Assembly: GCA_035084275.1 (NCBI GenBank)
Contig: CM068756.1
Span: 8,990,001-9,054,000 of the forward strand
Direction: 5' to 3'
Length of the DNA: 64,000 nucleotides
Origin: Hydrolagus colliei
Lineage: Eukaryota
Position numbers and translations under genes: made by a program
Shown here: one piece after another, positions 37,296 to 49,335 of the stretch
How the letters are laid out: each line of letters opens with the position of its first letter
Numbering within the stretch: position 1 is the stretch's first letter
The notes under the pieces: generated by a model
Told to the model about the DNA's origin: nothing
What the model saw: only the letters and a program-made list of their open reading frames with translations
The model's database searches: none

Positions 37296-37447
37296 AAGCG
37301 CTTCACAGAATATACTGCAGAGTGAATTGACTGTATTTCAATCCACATATAGTCAATTCACTTAACTGTACATTCTGTGAAGTGCTTTGAGAGGTCTAGA
37401 AGATGTGAAAAGCGCTATATCAAATGCAAGGATTATTATTATTATTT
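37296..37447 (+). mobile_element. Fold-back (inverted-duplicated) SINE tail
   Basis: Arms 37296-37336 and 37347-37387 are reverse complements (34/41), with a 10-nt loop and then a normal tail. Confidence 0.9.
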
Positions 37448-38652
37448 TAGTGGTCTCTGTTTGTAAAACGGTACGTAGCTTTTCCATTCTCCACTTGCTT
37501 GCCTATAGCCTAAACATTCTGAGTCCAAATAAGAACGGAATAACTTGGAACTTATCAAAGTCTGATACAGTCAAAAATAGCTTTAAATCTTTTGCCAATA
37601 TATTGGATGAGTTGGTCTTACCTCTGAGCAGAAAACAACAACCTGTATTTATAATAGTGCCCCTCCCGCGAGGTAACTCCCAGAACACTTAAACAATACA
37701 GAAAAAAGAATTGTATTTAAAAGAAAAAACTGAATAAGACCACTAGTTTGAGCTTTGATTTATAATATGTATTCGAAGCTTGGACAAACTATTTTGTAAT
37801 CTTTCACCGTTTTAGAACCAGTTCTATTTATCATATAGCATCAGTGTTTAGTGCAACTCGCAGTGCCTAACCCTGTGCTTCTTCATCGGTTGTCCACAAA
37901 GTATGCAAGTACAAACAGCCTTAACATAGCCTTTTACACAGAAACACGCCTGGGGCTTTTGCCAAATAGTTTTTACATATGAAAATTGAGCTGCTTTGAA
38001 CTTGGGCTGCTCAGATAAATGTTTGGTATGCTTCCTGAAGGATCACCTGTAGGCTTTCTTTCCCAAACCTAATCCCTTTGATTAACTGCCAGGACAAATA
38101 GACTGTGTTGGAGAACTTAGCCCTATAATTCTTCCTTAATTTAAAACTGAAAAAATAACTCTCTGAATTTCAGTAGGTAAATCCTTACATTTTTAGGATT
38201 TAGTTAATAAAATCTATAACTGGTATAGCGGAGGGTATAAATTGGAACTCCTGATTACCTATCAATGACTGAGACATTGTGAAGGCTCAACTTTTTATAT
38301 TTAACCATGTAAATGAAGATTGTGAGACTAAAGGATAATAAATATATGGCAGGAACTAATCTACAAAATCTGCTGCGGGATTTTTGCACGGCATTTTGAA
38401 ACAAACGATTTCTTCGAAATGTAATAAAAGTTAGTTAAAGCAAAGGGCATAACTTCAGATCAACAAACACAGTATATGATTGGTGCTGATAACTCTGTTT
38501 GGGAGAGGGAATGATGAGCTGCAAAACTGAAATTTCATTGGGGTTGTTCTCTGCATGTGAGCCTTATTCCAAATTGCACAACACCATTGGTGTATCAAGT
38601 CACAGAGCAGGCTTCAAGCCTACTTAGTTTGCCAATCAGAGGATGGTGTATA

Positions 38653-38799
38653 CAGTAAAAGTCCATTTATCCGGCACCCTCGAGACCTGGCCAACGCCTG
38701 CTGGATATTCAGCCAATAACGGCGGAATTTTTTTTTTTTGTGATGCCGGTTATACGGAAGTTATGGTTGATCGGGTGCCAGATAAACAAGCTTTTACTG
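38653..38799. mobile_element. Tc1/mariner-pogo (Tigger-like) MITE, 147 bp
   Basis: TIR CAGTAAAAGTCCATTTATCCGGCACCC versus reverse-complemented right end CAGTAAAAGCTTGTTTATCTGGCACCC (22/27). TA target duplication on both sides. Confidence 0.88.
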
Positions 38800-38803
38800 T
38801 ATG

Positions 38804-38842
<39 letters not shown>
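38800..38842. repeat. (TA)n microsatellite
   Basis: Read directly; continuous with the right TA of the MITE. Confidence 0.95.
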
Positions 38843-38847
<5 letters not shown>

Positions 38848-39160
38848 ACTATACAACACCACAACAGGCCATTCAGCCATTTATAAACCTTGTTGGCCTC
38901 CATCCCTCCTAATTCCTTCTCCCTATCACCCTCCCATACCACCGTTCCCTTTTCCAACACGTATGCATCAAGTTTCCTCTTAAATGCATTACAACTTTTT
39001 GCTTCAACTGCAGTTTCTAGCAGTGAGTTCTATATTTTTGCCTTCTCTGTATAAAACAACAGTTTCTCTTAAATTCTCTTTAAGATCTGCTTAAAGGCTG
39101 TCTTGTATTCCCGCCCTGTTGTTTTAGACTCGCGAACAACATGGAAACAACCCATTTATG
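38843..39160 (-). mobile_element. CR1 LINE 3' end
   Basis: ATAGA..ATAC...GGCCATTCAGCC tail, then TTAAATGC..TGCTTCAAC..GCAGTGAGTTC, typical of a reverse CR1 end. Confidence 0.75.
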
Positions 39161-40159
39161 TCTTTGTTGAAGTCGTCTTCGATGGAAGCAGAAAAATGTA
39201 ATAAAGTTAGAATGTAATATTAAGCAGGAAAGTTAACTGGGAGATGTCTGTTTCATGTGAAATTCAAGACTTTTTGGTGATCACATTTGTGGAAACATGT
39301 GCATGCTTTATTAGGTTAGGAAATAGAGTAGCAGTCCACATTCTTTTTATCTGCATAAGATAGAAGAGGAACAATACATGTACGCCGAGTGACAAAGCAA
39401 TGGCACAGCATCGTCTTAAAAACTATTGTATACTATTTTGTGGTGTATACATGACTTGATTTCACACAAATCTGGTATCACAGTTCAGTTCCAGAGAATC
39501 ATTTAATGACTTCCTCTTATTACAAAAATCCACCACCGAATGATTGTTTCCTTTTCTTGTTCATTGCCATCAAGAAATTAAGGGAAACAAAAAAACTATT
39601 TGTCAGTTCCTATTAAATAGCTAAAGCATTTGTTTTCGCGTTGAGCCATGTGCACCACAGCCATTGAAATATCCACATGGTTCGAGCCTGTTCTGACATC
39701 TGCTCCCCATCTCCTGGCCTGTTCATGCACAATGTGAACCCGACTCTCACAGAGTGTGCAGCAGGTGACATTTTGAAAAAGTAAAAGAAGCGCAAATCTT
39801 TATTTTAAATAAGCTGTGAATAATAAATTGCTTGTGGTGGGAAGTTGTCACACATTTGTACAGTCAGCTTTTCCGGCTCCAACTCCTGTGCTAAAGGCCA
39901 GTTTGCCGATGTTTTAAATTATTTTATTTTGGGTGAAGTTTGAATCACGTTTCAAAACTTGCAGCTGATGCTTTGGATCTAGTGAAGATCCAAAGAAAAG
40001 TTGGAGGTGAGAATCGCACTGTCTGCAACACATTGAATAGTGTCTCACACTTTGTTTGGAAGCATTTCTGAAACACTGCACATTGAATCGAGGATACTAG
40101 CTTCAAAATTTCACCCGTGTCAATCCATTGTGTTCGATCATCATACATATTCTAACAGA

Positions 40160-40309
40160 TCGACTGAGATCCTTATTCTCGTGTTTAAACCCCTCCATCG
40201 TCTTGCTTTACTTTCCTTTACAACCTCTTTCACTCTAACGAATCAGCCCTTTGTTTCTTTTGCTCAGCGACACTGAGCTACTCCGCATCCCTTGCTATAT
40301 GCATCCCAC
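40160..40309 (+). mobile_element. L2 ORF2 fragment
   Basis: ILILVFKPLHRLA resembles the L2 motif KILLL.FKALHGLAP.YL. Confidence 0.65.
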
Positions 40310-40535
40310 AGAAATGTTGGGAAAGTTTCCCTACTCCACACATCTCTGTTTAACTAGCAGTAAGCAGGAATGCCACTGTTAGTCGATTGGAAGATCACTT
40401 TTATGGGGTAATAATTCCTTCCAAAAACAACACTAATAATAATGAATTGGTCACTCAATCCATGACTGTTTGTGGAACACTGCTGTGCACAAACGGCTGC
40501 CGCATTTCGCCCACCAAAAAAAGATGTAGTCAATT

Positions 40536-41085
40536 GGAACATGACAACATAAGAAATAGGTGCAGGAGTAGGCCATTCAGCCTCTCAAGCCTGCCCCACC
40601 ATTCAATAAGATCATGACTGATTTTCTAACCTAATTTCACTTACCTGCACTATTCCCATATCCCTTAATCCTAGAGTCCGCCAATATGGACATTTTCCGA
40701 TATCGATATATCAGTTGGCTCATATCGATATGTACCGATATATCGATATCTCTGGGGGGTTTTGTACTGCGCATGCGTATGCATTCGGAGGTGCATTCCG
40801 ATGTGCACGCGCATTCCGATGTGCGCGCACATTCCGTGCTCTAGGCCCAGGAGGTTTGCAATGCCGGCGACAAAGTAAGTTGAAAAAGTTTGCTTTATAC
40901 CAATATATACCGATATATCGTCAGACACGATATACTGATATTTGCGATATATCGATTTTTTTTAATATCAAATTTTTCGATATATTGATGTATTTGAATT
41001 TCCAATATCGGCATATCGATATGAAAAATTATACCGATATAACCGATATATCGCTGGACACTACTTAATCCCTTTATCTTTTACT
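40536..41085 (-). mobile_element. CR1 3'-UTR fragment, itself interrupted by a MITE
   Basis: AACATAAGAAATAGGTGCAGGAGTAGGCCATTCAGCC...CCATTCAATAAGATCATGACTGAT...CCCATATCCCTTAATCC is the reverse CR1 tail seen in cartilaginous fishes. Confidence 0.82.
40672..41063. mobile_element. Non-autonomous hAT-superfamily MITE, 392 bp
   Basis: Perfect 8-bp TSD CTTAATCC (40664-40671 and 41064-41071), imperfect TIRs TAGAGTCCGCCAATAT / ATATCGCTGGACACTA, and subterminal CGATAT/ATATCG arrays. Confidence 0.92.
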
Positions 41086-41610
41086 TTTAATTCACTTTAC
41101 AGTATGTTCTATGAAGCGCTTTGAGACGTCTCGAAGATGCGTTAAGACGCTATATCAAATGCAAGGATTATTTTTATTATTATTAATAATGCTGGAAACA
41201 GATTTGGATCGTGAATGAAGCCAGGGACTATATTATCTATTTTGGTTTCCTGCAGTGAAAAATCATTTAAATAAAAATGTAAAACATTATATTTACAGTA
41301 TTACTGTATGAAATCTGTATAGCAATTAATTTTACTCTTGAGGAATGATTTAGTAATCCACTTGTGGAATTAACTGTTGCCCTCTTCCCCATGTAGATTC
41401 TGCATGAATCATAAATCAGCAGAAATTGGAACACACATGCAGAATGCCTACAGCTTGTTGCCTGATACACATCCTGTTGTCACAGAATCTCATCCTTTTT
41501 ATTTGGGGTGGGGGTGGTAGGTGAATTGAATGTTAATTTACCCCCAAAAAAAATTCCTTCTGTAAGCCTGTGTTGACTGGCTTGAACATTCTTCAAAATC
41601 AAGTCAACAA

Positions 41611-41954
41611 GAGCTCCTGTGGCTTAGTGGTTAGAGCACTTGTCTTGCAAGCTGGGGAGACTAAGCTGGGGAGACCTGTGTTCGAATCCAGGCAGGTCAG
41701 GGCGAAACCTTGGGCAGGTTTCCTTACTCCACACGCCTAATAATAATCCCTCCAAAAAAATCACAATAATAAAATTGGTAATTTCAATCCACGACTGTGT
41801 GTGGGACACTGCTGTGCGCAATTGGCTGCCGCGATTCGCCCACAAATATATACAGTCAATTCACTTTACAGTATATTCTGTGAAGCGCTTTGGGACGTTG
41901 ATAAAAAAAAATGTGGAAAGCGCTATATCAAATGCAAGGATTATTATTATTATT
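41611..41954 (+). mobile_element. Full-length tRNA-Deu-L2 SINE (short subfamily)
   Basis: A box TGGCTTAGTGG, B box GTTCGAATCC, Deu segment, tail and (ATT)n; internal 14-bp duplication. Confidence 0.95.
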
Positions 41955-42067
41955 CTCTTTGGCACTTCTATGCTTCTTATAGAATTCACAATATTTTTGA
42001 ATGAAGGAGCATGGAAGTGATAAACCTGGAATCAGACAATATTTGAAAGATACTTTTATAGTAGTTC

Positions 42068-42400
42068 AAGACAACAACAACTTGCACTTGTATGGTGCTC
42101 TCCGCGCAGTGTGGCATCTCAGAGTGCTTAACAATGGCGGAGCCCGACTCCAAGCCAGGGGCAAGTGGCTGTAAGAATGGTCAAATAGGAAAAATTTCAG
42201 GCAGGACTTGAAAGAGGCGAGAGAGGGGGCAAGGCTCTTGACCCCTCTCAGAGTTTTGGGGTGTAGTGGCTGGAAGCGCAACCTCCAATGGTGGGGCCGA
42301 GGGTGTGAGGGATGAGCAGGTGGATGGTGCCAGTCAGATGTGGCAGATGGTGGATTGGGTGGTGAGGAAATGGGATAAATAGGGAGGTGCCAGGGAGTGA
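42068..42400 (-). mobile_element. L2 LINE 3' end
   Basis: Minus frames give TIGGCASSHYTPKL and SLASFKSCLKFFLFDHSY (L2 ORF2 C-terminus), with a (GTT)n tail. Confidence 0.82.
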
Positions 42401-42431
42401 ATGGATTTTCCACAAAACGAACTGATTCACT

Positions 42432-42977
42432 CAACAAGGGATAAATTCCACATTTGCTGTTATTTGACACATTATTTTGTACTATTAACTTCCCAAGTTA
42501 ATCCCAAGATGTTTTGAAATCCCTTCAAGAATCCAGATAGCAAACAAATTAAGTCCCCAAATCTGCCACGTTTACTTCATTTTAGGTACAAAACCCAAAG
42601 TCTTAAACCTATTCAGCATCCTCAATCCTGCCTGTTGACCTTCCAATTACTCTCATTTCGAACAGCATTGATGGCATAATAAATGTGGCAACTGGTTCCT
42701 CTTCTGCCATATCATAATTTAGAGCTGTTGGTTTATAAGGTGAAAGTACAGGCAGAGTGTTCATTACTGCAGAGCTGACGGGTTGTCAATAGCACAGCTT
42801 TTTAGTTTGTTCTAGTCAGCATTTGCTGAACGTTTTGTGGCACCATTGGGAAATGTATACAACAAGATTATACATCGGAAAACCGCAAGCCCACATGAAG
42901 AAAAACCAACAAGGGATAAATTCTACACTTGCTGTTATTTGACACATTATCTTGTGCTATTAACTTCCCAAGATAAT
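42432..42977 (+). repeat. 71-bp direct repeat pair (42432-42502 and 42907-42977)
   Basis: 66/71 identical by manual alignment. Confidence 0.93.
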
Positions 42978-43427
42978 TGGAATGAATTGTAATTGCAGCC
43001 TAAGACTTGGGCTACCATTTACCATTCATTTTAACCCTTAGGTCGCTGGAAGGTCTCACAGAGTAGACATTTTATCTCGACCATTCATTTTTGTTCTTTT
43101 ATGGCTCAAGATCTGTGGCTAAGATTATATTATAAAACTACGCAAACATCATCATTGCTGTATTACTATACTAACCTAGACCCAATATAAATAGAAGGAT
43201 GGTAAAATAAAACAAAATTAGTTTTAAATCTTTTGATGCGTCATTTCATCATTTCACTTTCTTTGTAGTTTCTCTTCTGCCTGTTCCCCCTCCCATTTCC
43301 AAATATGCTTTTCTTTCACCTTTTTGAAAAAAATAGTTATTATGCAAAGACAAATCCTTTTTTTAACCATTGATTTGAGTAAAAACAGTTCTTTAGATTC
43401 CTAAACTATACATCTGCTTTTGGCATT

Positions 43428-43610
43428 ACAACAATTTATATTTATATAACACCTTTCACTTCAAGAGGATACAATTCAATACAATTTACATTTATATAGT
43501 GCCTTTTGAATCAGAGGACATCTCAAAGAGCTTGACACAACTGACTGGTAGCCTGAGCTTGGAGGTGGTGAGGGGACGACGGGGATGGGGGGATGCTGGG
43601 GAAGAATGTT
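43428..43610 (-). mobile_element. L2-type tail, duplicated in tandem
   Basis: ACAATTTA(T/C)ATTTATATA...CCTTT...AGAGGA occurs twice. Confidence 0.6.
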
Positions 43611-44669
43611 AGCTCACGTATTCCTGGAGAAAGATGTCAAGGATAAAAACATGTTATAATTCACATTGCAGTAAAACATACAGGATTCCATTGCCGTGAT
43701 CAATACAAATCATTGCAGTAATCATATATTGATGTTTCTAAAATATACTCCATTTAAAGCAATTTATGCCCATGAGTGGAAGCAGTAGAGGCCATTCGAG
43801 GAGTTAGTGGATTCCTTGACCTTAGCAGCAGTACAGAATCGATTAAGGCTGCAAAAGTAAGTCATGGAAAGGTTAACACTTGTTGGTCAAAAATGCAATT
43901 ACAATACATTAGCGTTTTTGTAAAGTATTGAGGTTGCAATAAGTCAATTAGCAGCAGTTTCTCAAACTCAAGTATTTTGAGTTTAAAAAGGTTCTATTGA
44001 TCCTTGTGAAAATTTTGCAAATGCCTTGTACTATTTGATTACCTTTTTTTAAAAAAAAAATCCATGGGCGAGGTATGGTTTAGCTCTCATAATGAAGCAA
44101 ACAGGAGAGAGATTGGAGGTGCTTTTGGGTAGATTAGTCATTCCGATGAAAAAATCAACTAGAAAAAATGCTTCATTGTAAACCTAATTTAAAAGACAAT
44201 CAGCAAAGACTAGTTGAGCGTAGACTTGGTGTTGACTCAAGATCTAACAAGCATTTAGTGTTAACCAATAATTGAGGATTTACTAAGCCTTTATCTGTGC
44301 AATATCTGAGAATGGACTCGGCAAATGCTCCATGTCTGTGTTTATAATGAACTGGAAATGCTCACGATGGAAGAAAGTTAAGTTTGTTCTGTTTTTATTG
44401 GAATCTTTCATCTCGTCTGTTACAAACTGATTCGCTTCACCAAATAGCCATCACAGGTTCTTTTGAAATGATTGTCTGTGTGTCCAGTTTTTTTATATTT
44501 TCCAGTCACATCATCTTGTCGTCTGTTTGGATGTCATTATTGGTTTCCCACAGTTAAATGCCTTTGATAAAATAGGAGGTGCATGTCGGCGATTAACTTC
44601 AAAACTGAACAGTACTTGATACTTTTTATTTTACCAGCAGCTCTGGTGTCTTTTTGCTTCAGGCAAGCA

Positions 44670-44830
44670 ACTGCTTCACATCTCCAGATAAAGCATCTTA
44701 TCTGTCAGCAACACTCATGTGAATTAATCATAATTCAATAGGCTACCTGATCAAGATGCGAGATGCATGTTTTGATAGAGCAATCAGATTTGTCTAATCT
44801 ATCATTAGTTGACAGCTGCTCTAAACTGAA
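44670..44830. promoter_or_regulatory. Candidate enhancer: GATA pair plus Meis and Pbx-Hox motifs
   Basis: AGATAA 44686, TTATCT 44698, CTGTCA 44702, TGATAG 44773, ATCTATCA 44797, TGACAG 44810. Confidence 0.45.
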
Positions 44831-47800
44831 CATTAACATGGCTTAACACCTGTTTTTGATCATCTTGCCACAGCCTTACCATCAGGGTACGGACCATCCT
44901 TGATTAAAGCGCAAGATCCAAGCACGTCTACTTATTAATGCTTATTATTGAACAATAAGTGGTTGCAGGGATAAACCCAAATGTGCAGTGATCTTTCTCT
45001 CTTGCTGTGATATGCGAAAGCAATTTTCGAGGCGCAATACTTGTAAGGCCTGCTTTGTAATTTCCCCAAATAAAAGAGCTAAATAAAACTGTCTGACAAA
45101 TTTGAGGGATGATTTATGTGAACAGATGTAGTAATTGCTTTGGGCTGGAAGGGTCACTGGGATAGAAGGGAGATAAAGTAGAAAAAAATATTGCTGTAAC
45201 ATAATAAATTACTTGTGGCTCTGCAAAAAGACCAGCTCTATCTAATGCTGCACAAATTGCCCCCCCCCCCACCACTCCCCCTTATATTAAGAAAAAGGTA
45301 GTTACAAATAGTTATTTACAACACAGTTTGCAGCAGTTATCTCAAAGTGACTGCATAAATAAAGCTTCCACAGCATAATTGACATATTTTTCTTGTTAAG
45401 TAATGTTTTTTCCAGGTAGGTGCAATAATCTCTCCCTTTGACTGTAAGCACAGGCTGGATACACTTTCATCAAGAAAATCGCAACATTGGGAAGAAAAAG
45501 ATCAGGGCTGATGTTATTATGGGCGGTAGTCATTGACATCTATTTAAAGCCGCTGACAAAACCTGAGATTTCCAGTGTACTGGATCAGGTTTAGAAGAGT
45601 GAGCTAAGAATGTTGAGCATTAAAAATTAATAAGTTAGCCTGGTGACATTGGGGGTTTATTGCATTGACCTGCAATAGCTTAGGGAGGGAGGACGTGAGT
45701 TTGAACCAAATAGTCCATGCAAATGGAATTCTCCTGATCTCAGTGTGAAGTTTTCAGTGGATCGGAGATAAGTCACTTCCACCTGAGGGTAAAAAGAAAA
45801 ATTGGAACAGGAATCAACTAACATTATCTTACACTCCATCTCTCTTCCTTCCTCCCCTTCCCCTGTCCAGTTAACCGGCACAGAGTAATTGCTAGAGGCA
45901 GGGCTGGTAGGTGGTTGCTGCTTAACCTCTTGATCAGAGGGAAGAATACTGTATACATACACAGGGCTAAGTAATGTGGACACATGTGTAAGAGAGCCAG
46001 TGCCATGTCACAATGAACTGTGCCTCCCTTTTTAAAATCTTTTGTATTCGCAGGATTTTTGTTTTTAAGTTTAAATACCTAATTTTCTTCACGCAAATCT
46101 AATTACAGGAATCAGGCTAGAGATGAAATACTGCACTTTTTAAAAAAAAAAGTCTTTATTTGAGGATATTCTTTCAAGCTACAGTAATTGTAATTTTTAA
46201 AAATGTCTTTTTTGGCACTTTAAATAAAATAAAGATTTTATGGGAATTTATTTATTAAACATGAAAAACTGAAGATTCACAACTTATTTTAACATACCGA
46301 CAACGCTTGTGAACATAGGTCGGGGGCAATTGTGATGGACACCTAAACCCACCAGCCTTTGTGAGAATTTGGTATTTTTTCCATTGGGTTGCATTCCTTC
46401 TTATACACAAGTTATTTATGGGTTAAAACTAACACGTTACATGTTATCAAATTCTGCCTATGTATGCTTGTGCTCCAAGCAGTTTTGGCATCAGAAGTTA
46501 TTTAGGAGTCTACAATACATTTTCCTGACATCCCGGCTAAAGGAGAATTAATGGAAGCGATCACTGCAGATAGGGGGACGGTTAGAGAGTCTAGAATTTG
46601 TTTGTGTACGTTTCAAAGGGAAATCCGATCCTTACACTTAGTCAAAGTTTCATTAGACTGGCTCATAGATAAAATACAAATCAGATAGGCTCGTAATCAA
46701 GACATTTCTAAGGTATGAGTAAGTGTTATGACTGTCTGCATTTTTGAATCTTTGCTATGTGGGTGTGTCGCTCCCACCTGGTAATGCCTCTGGCAAAACG
46801 AGCAGTAATTTGAAGATGACAAACTGCTAGTTTCTTTGTGATCCTGTGTTTGTTACAAATTTTCCACTGCTTTTAGCATGTTCATATAACATTCATCATG
46901 TTGATGCACACACATTTAAGGCATGGCAAGGCACCAGCTCCATCTTTGATAAGTGGGTGTTCTGATACATCAAACTGTTAGTTTGCACGCACCGATAGTA
47001 AGAACCCAAAGCGCTTCCGTGAATGTTATGCTAATAACGTTGTCTTAAATGGATGTAAAACATAAAAATAATAGCGGGGTTAAAACTTGATACATAATGA
47101 ATCTACAGAGCTGAATCCAGAGTTCTGTGAGCCACAGATATAAAAACCACCAATTTCGCTAGCTTATTTAATCATCCATTCAGCAATTCAATCTGAAAAG
47201 GCAAAACACTTAACCAAAACATTCATTTTGCACAAAACAGATTGTACTTCTGGAGTGTTGCTCTGGAAGTTAAATGTGGTGATGGATTCACTATATTAAT
47301 TACTTCATGTATTATATTTATCAGTCCTGAAATGTGGTTGTAAATAAGCAAGGCTTAAATTTTACACACCGAAAAACAAATCTACTCCTTCAGGGAATAC
47401 TTTTTTTTAAATGGACAGGAATGGAGATTGATAGGACAACAAAACTTGTCAAATAATGGAGAACATTTGATATTCAACCACAGGCAGTTCCCACATTAAA
47501 ATGGTGTGTTCTTTAAAGCAATGATGCCCATCTAAAATGCACCATTACTTTTGTTATTGCAACTGGAAAATGAAACTTCTAACAGAACCACAAAGTAATG
47601 TGTTGTTTACTATGAGAAGAATATGAAGCAAACATTCTCATCTATTACAAGAGTTATTGATAACATATAAAATATTGATAGCAGGTCATGTGCAAACATG
47701 ACCTGTTATCAATATTTTTGTTTGTTGAAATTGCCCTCTGTTGTATATAAACAGTGAGATTCAGAGTGCTGAGAGCACACACTGTGAATATTGAGCTCAT

Positions 47801-49026
47801 CTCATCCCCACTGGTGGTGAGAATTTGCGCAATATCTTTTTTAAATCTCAAACGTTTTTGGCAAAGTTACCTATTTCTTGGTTATCCTGTTGAATATATC
47901 TTTGCTGGTATGACGGAGGAAATATCCGTGAAAGTGCCCGTGTTTGTTGTTGCAAAATGTTGTCCATCAGAGACCAAATAAAATGTCTGCCCAATTTTCT
48001 ATTCAAACATTTTTTGTTTATCTACAGCAACTTGACTAGCCTTTGCAAAAACAATCAAGCTTGCTACTTGCTCCTCAACACTTTAGGTTGTTCCAACGGA
48101 GATGACCTCACTCCAAATCTTTGCAATTGTCCTTCACAAATGGTGGGTGAGCCACAAGTTGGAAGGAAAGACATCCATTTGCGGGATTTTTATTGAACTT
48201 TACACAGCCTTCTATTTCAATTCACTTTATCAGTTACTCTTCTGTTGCATCAAAAAAGGACATGACCCATTTTGATCATTTTGCACAATGACTTCCAACA
48301 TCTACTAAATCATTTAATAATGATTCCAATTATTGAGTCCTAGCTTCGAATCATGTCTCAAGTACAGAAATGCCAGAAAGAATTGGGGGCTAGCTAAAGA
48401 TCACAGCTTCTGTACAAAAGTAATTTGAAGAGGTTCCAGTAATTTGACTGTCTGAACCATTGTGACTGCCAAGAAGCAGGCAAAAATTTAGCCATAGGTC
48501 ATCCACCTTCTACTCTCAGTGCTATGAAGAAAACACAGTGAAGAAGGAAGGAGAAAGTTAAGCATTCACGCAACATCCAATATCCTCACTGTTATTGTCC
48601 CTTCAGCATCAAAGACAACATCTGGTAAAGGATATGCTGAAGTACAAACACTGAAGAAGGGACTCAATCTATACTGCAGCCTCTCATTAACCAAGTGGTT
48701 TTGTATTGGGAGACAATACCACAGTACTGTGTGTTTTCATAACTAACTGTGAATATTTCCCTTGTTTTTAATGCAACGGATTTGGTGTGGATCACTGGCA
48801 GTGTGATTTCGGAATTAGGCGATCTTTCATTAAAAAGAATGAATACCGGTACATATCTCATCAGAGTAACAGATCTATTCTAGGTTGGAGTACATTTTCT
48901 AAGAGAGGAGGAAATGCCTTTTTTACAAGGACAAAAATTTTGGGGATTATTGCTATATATAAGTAGCTGAAACTACGTTATATATTTTCATGCAATCTTG
49001 TGGCCAGAAATTCGGTTAGCCCGTTT

Positions 49027-49335
49027 GTGGAGTCCTATATCACAGTGGTTAGAGCACTCATCTTGCAAGCAAAAGACCTGGGTTCAATTCCAAGCAGAGC
49101 GAAACCTTGGGCAAGTTTCCTTACTCCACTCGCTTAAGAATAATCCATCGAGAATAATACGAAATTGGTCAGTTCAATCCATGATAGTTTGTGGAATACT
49201 GCTGTGCGCAATTGGTTGCCGTGGTTTGCTCTGAAATGTATAGTCAATTCACTTTACAGCATATTCTCTGAAGCGTTTTGAGACATCTGGATAACATGAG
49301 CAGCACTAAATCAAATGCGAGGATTATTATTATTA
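49027..49335 (+). mobile_element. Full-length tRNA-Deu-L2 SINE
   Basis: GTGGAGTCC start, A and B boxes, Deu segment and tail. Confidence 0.92.

Larger units (their letters stand above)
40310..41190 (+). mobile_element. Long-subfamily tRNA-Deu-L2 SINE split by nested insertions (halves about 40310-40535 and 41089-41190)
   Basis: The sequence breaks at ..TAGTCAATT and resumes AATTCACTTTACAG.., contiguous in the family consensus. Confidence 0.88.

Noticed and set aside
40690-41055. CRISPR-like or iteron-like array of CGATAT repeats
   Set aside because: There is no constant repeat/spacer periodicity; it is explained as hAT subterminal motifs bounded by an 8-bp TSD.
40715-41068. 117-aa ORF
   Set aside because: It lies within the non-autonomous MITE, is low-complexity and has no transposase motifs.
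41640-42020. Recurring ORF family (..NLGQVSLLH..ISNARIIII..) seen at several loci
   Set aside because: These are translations of the non-coding SINE consensus, not a protein family.
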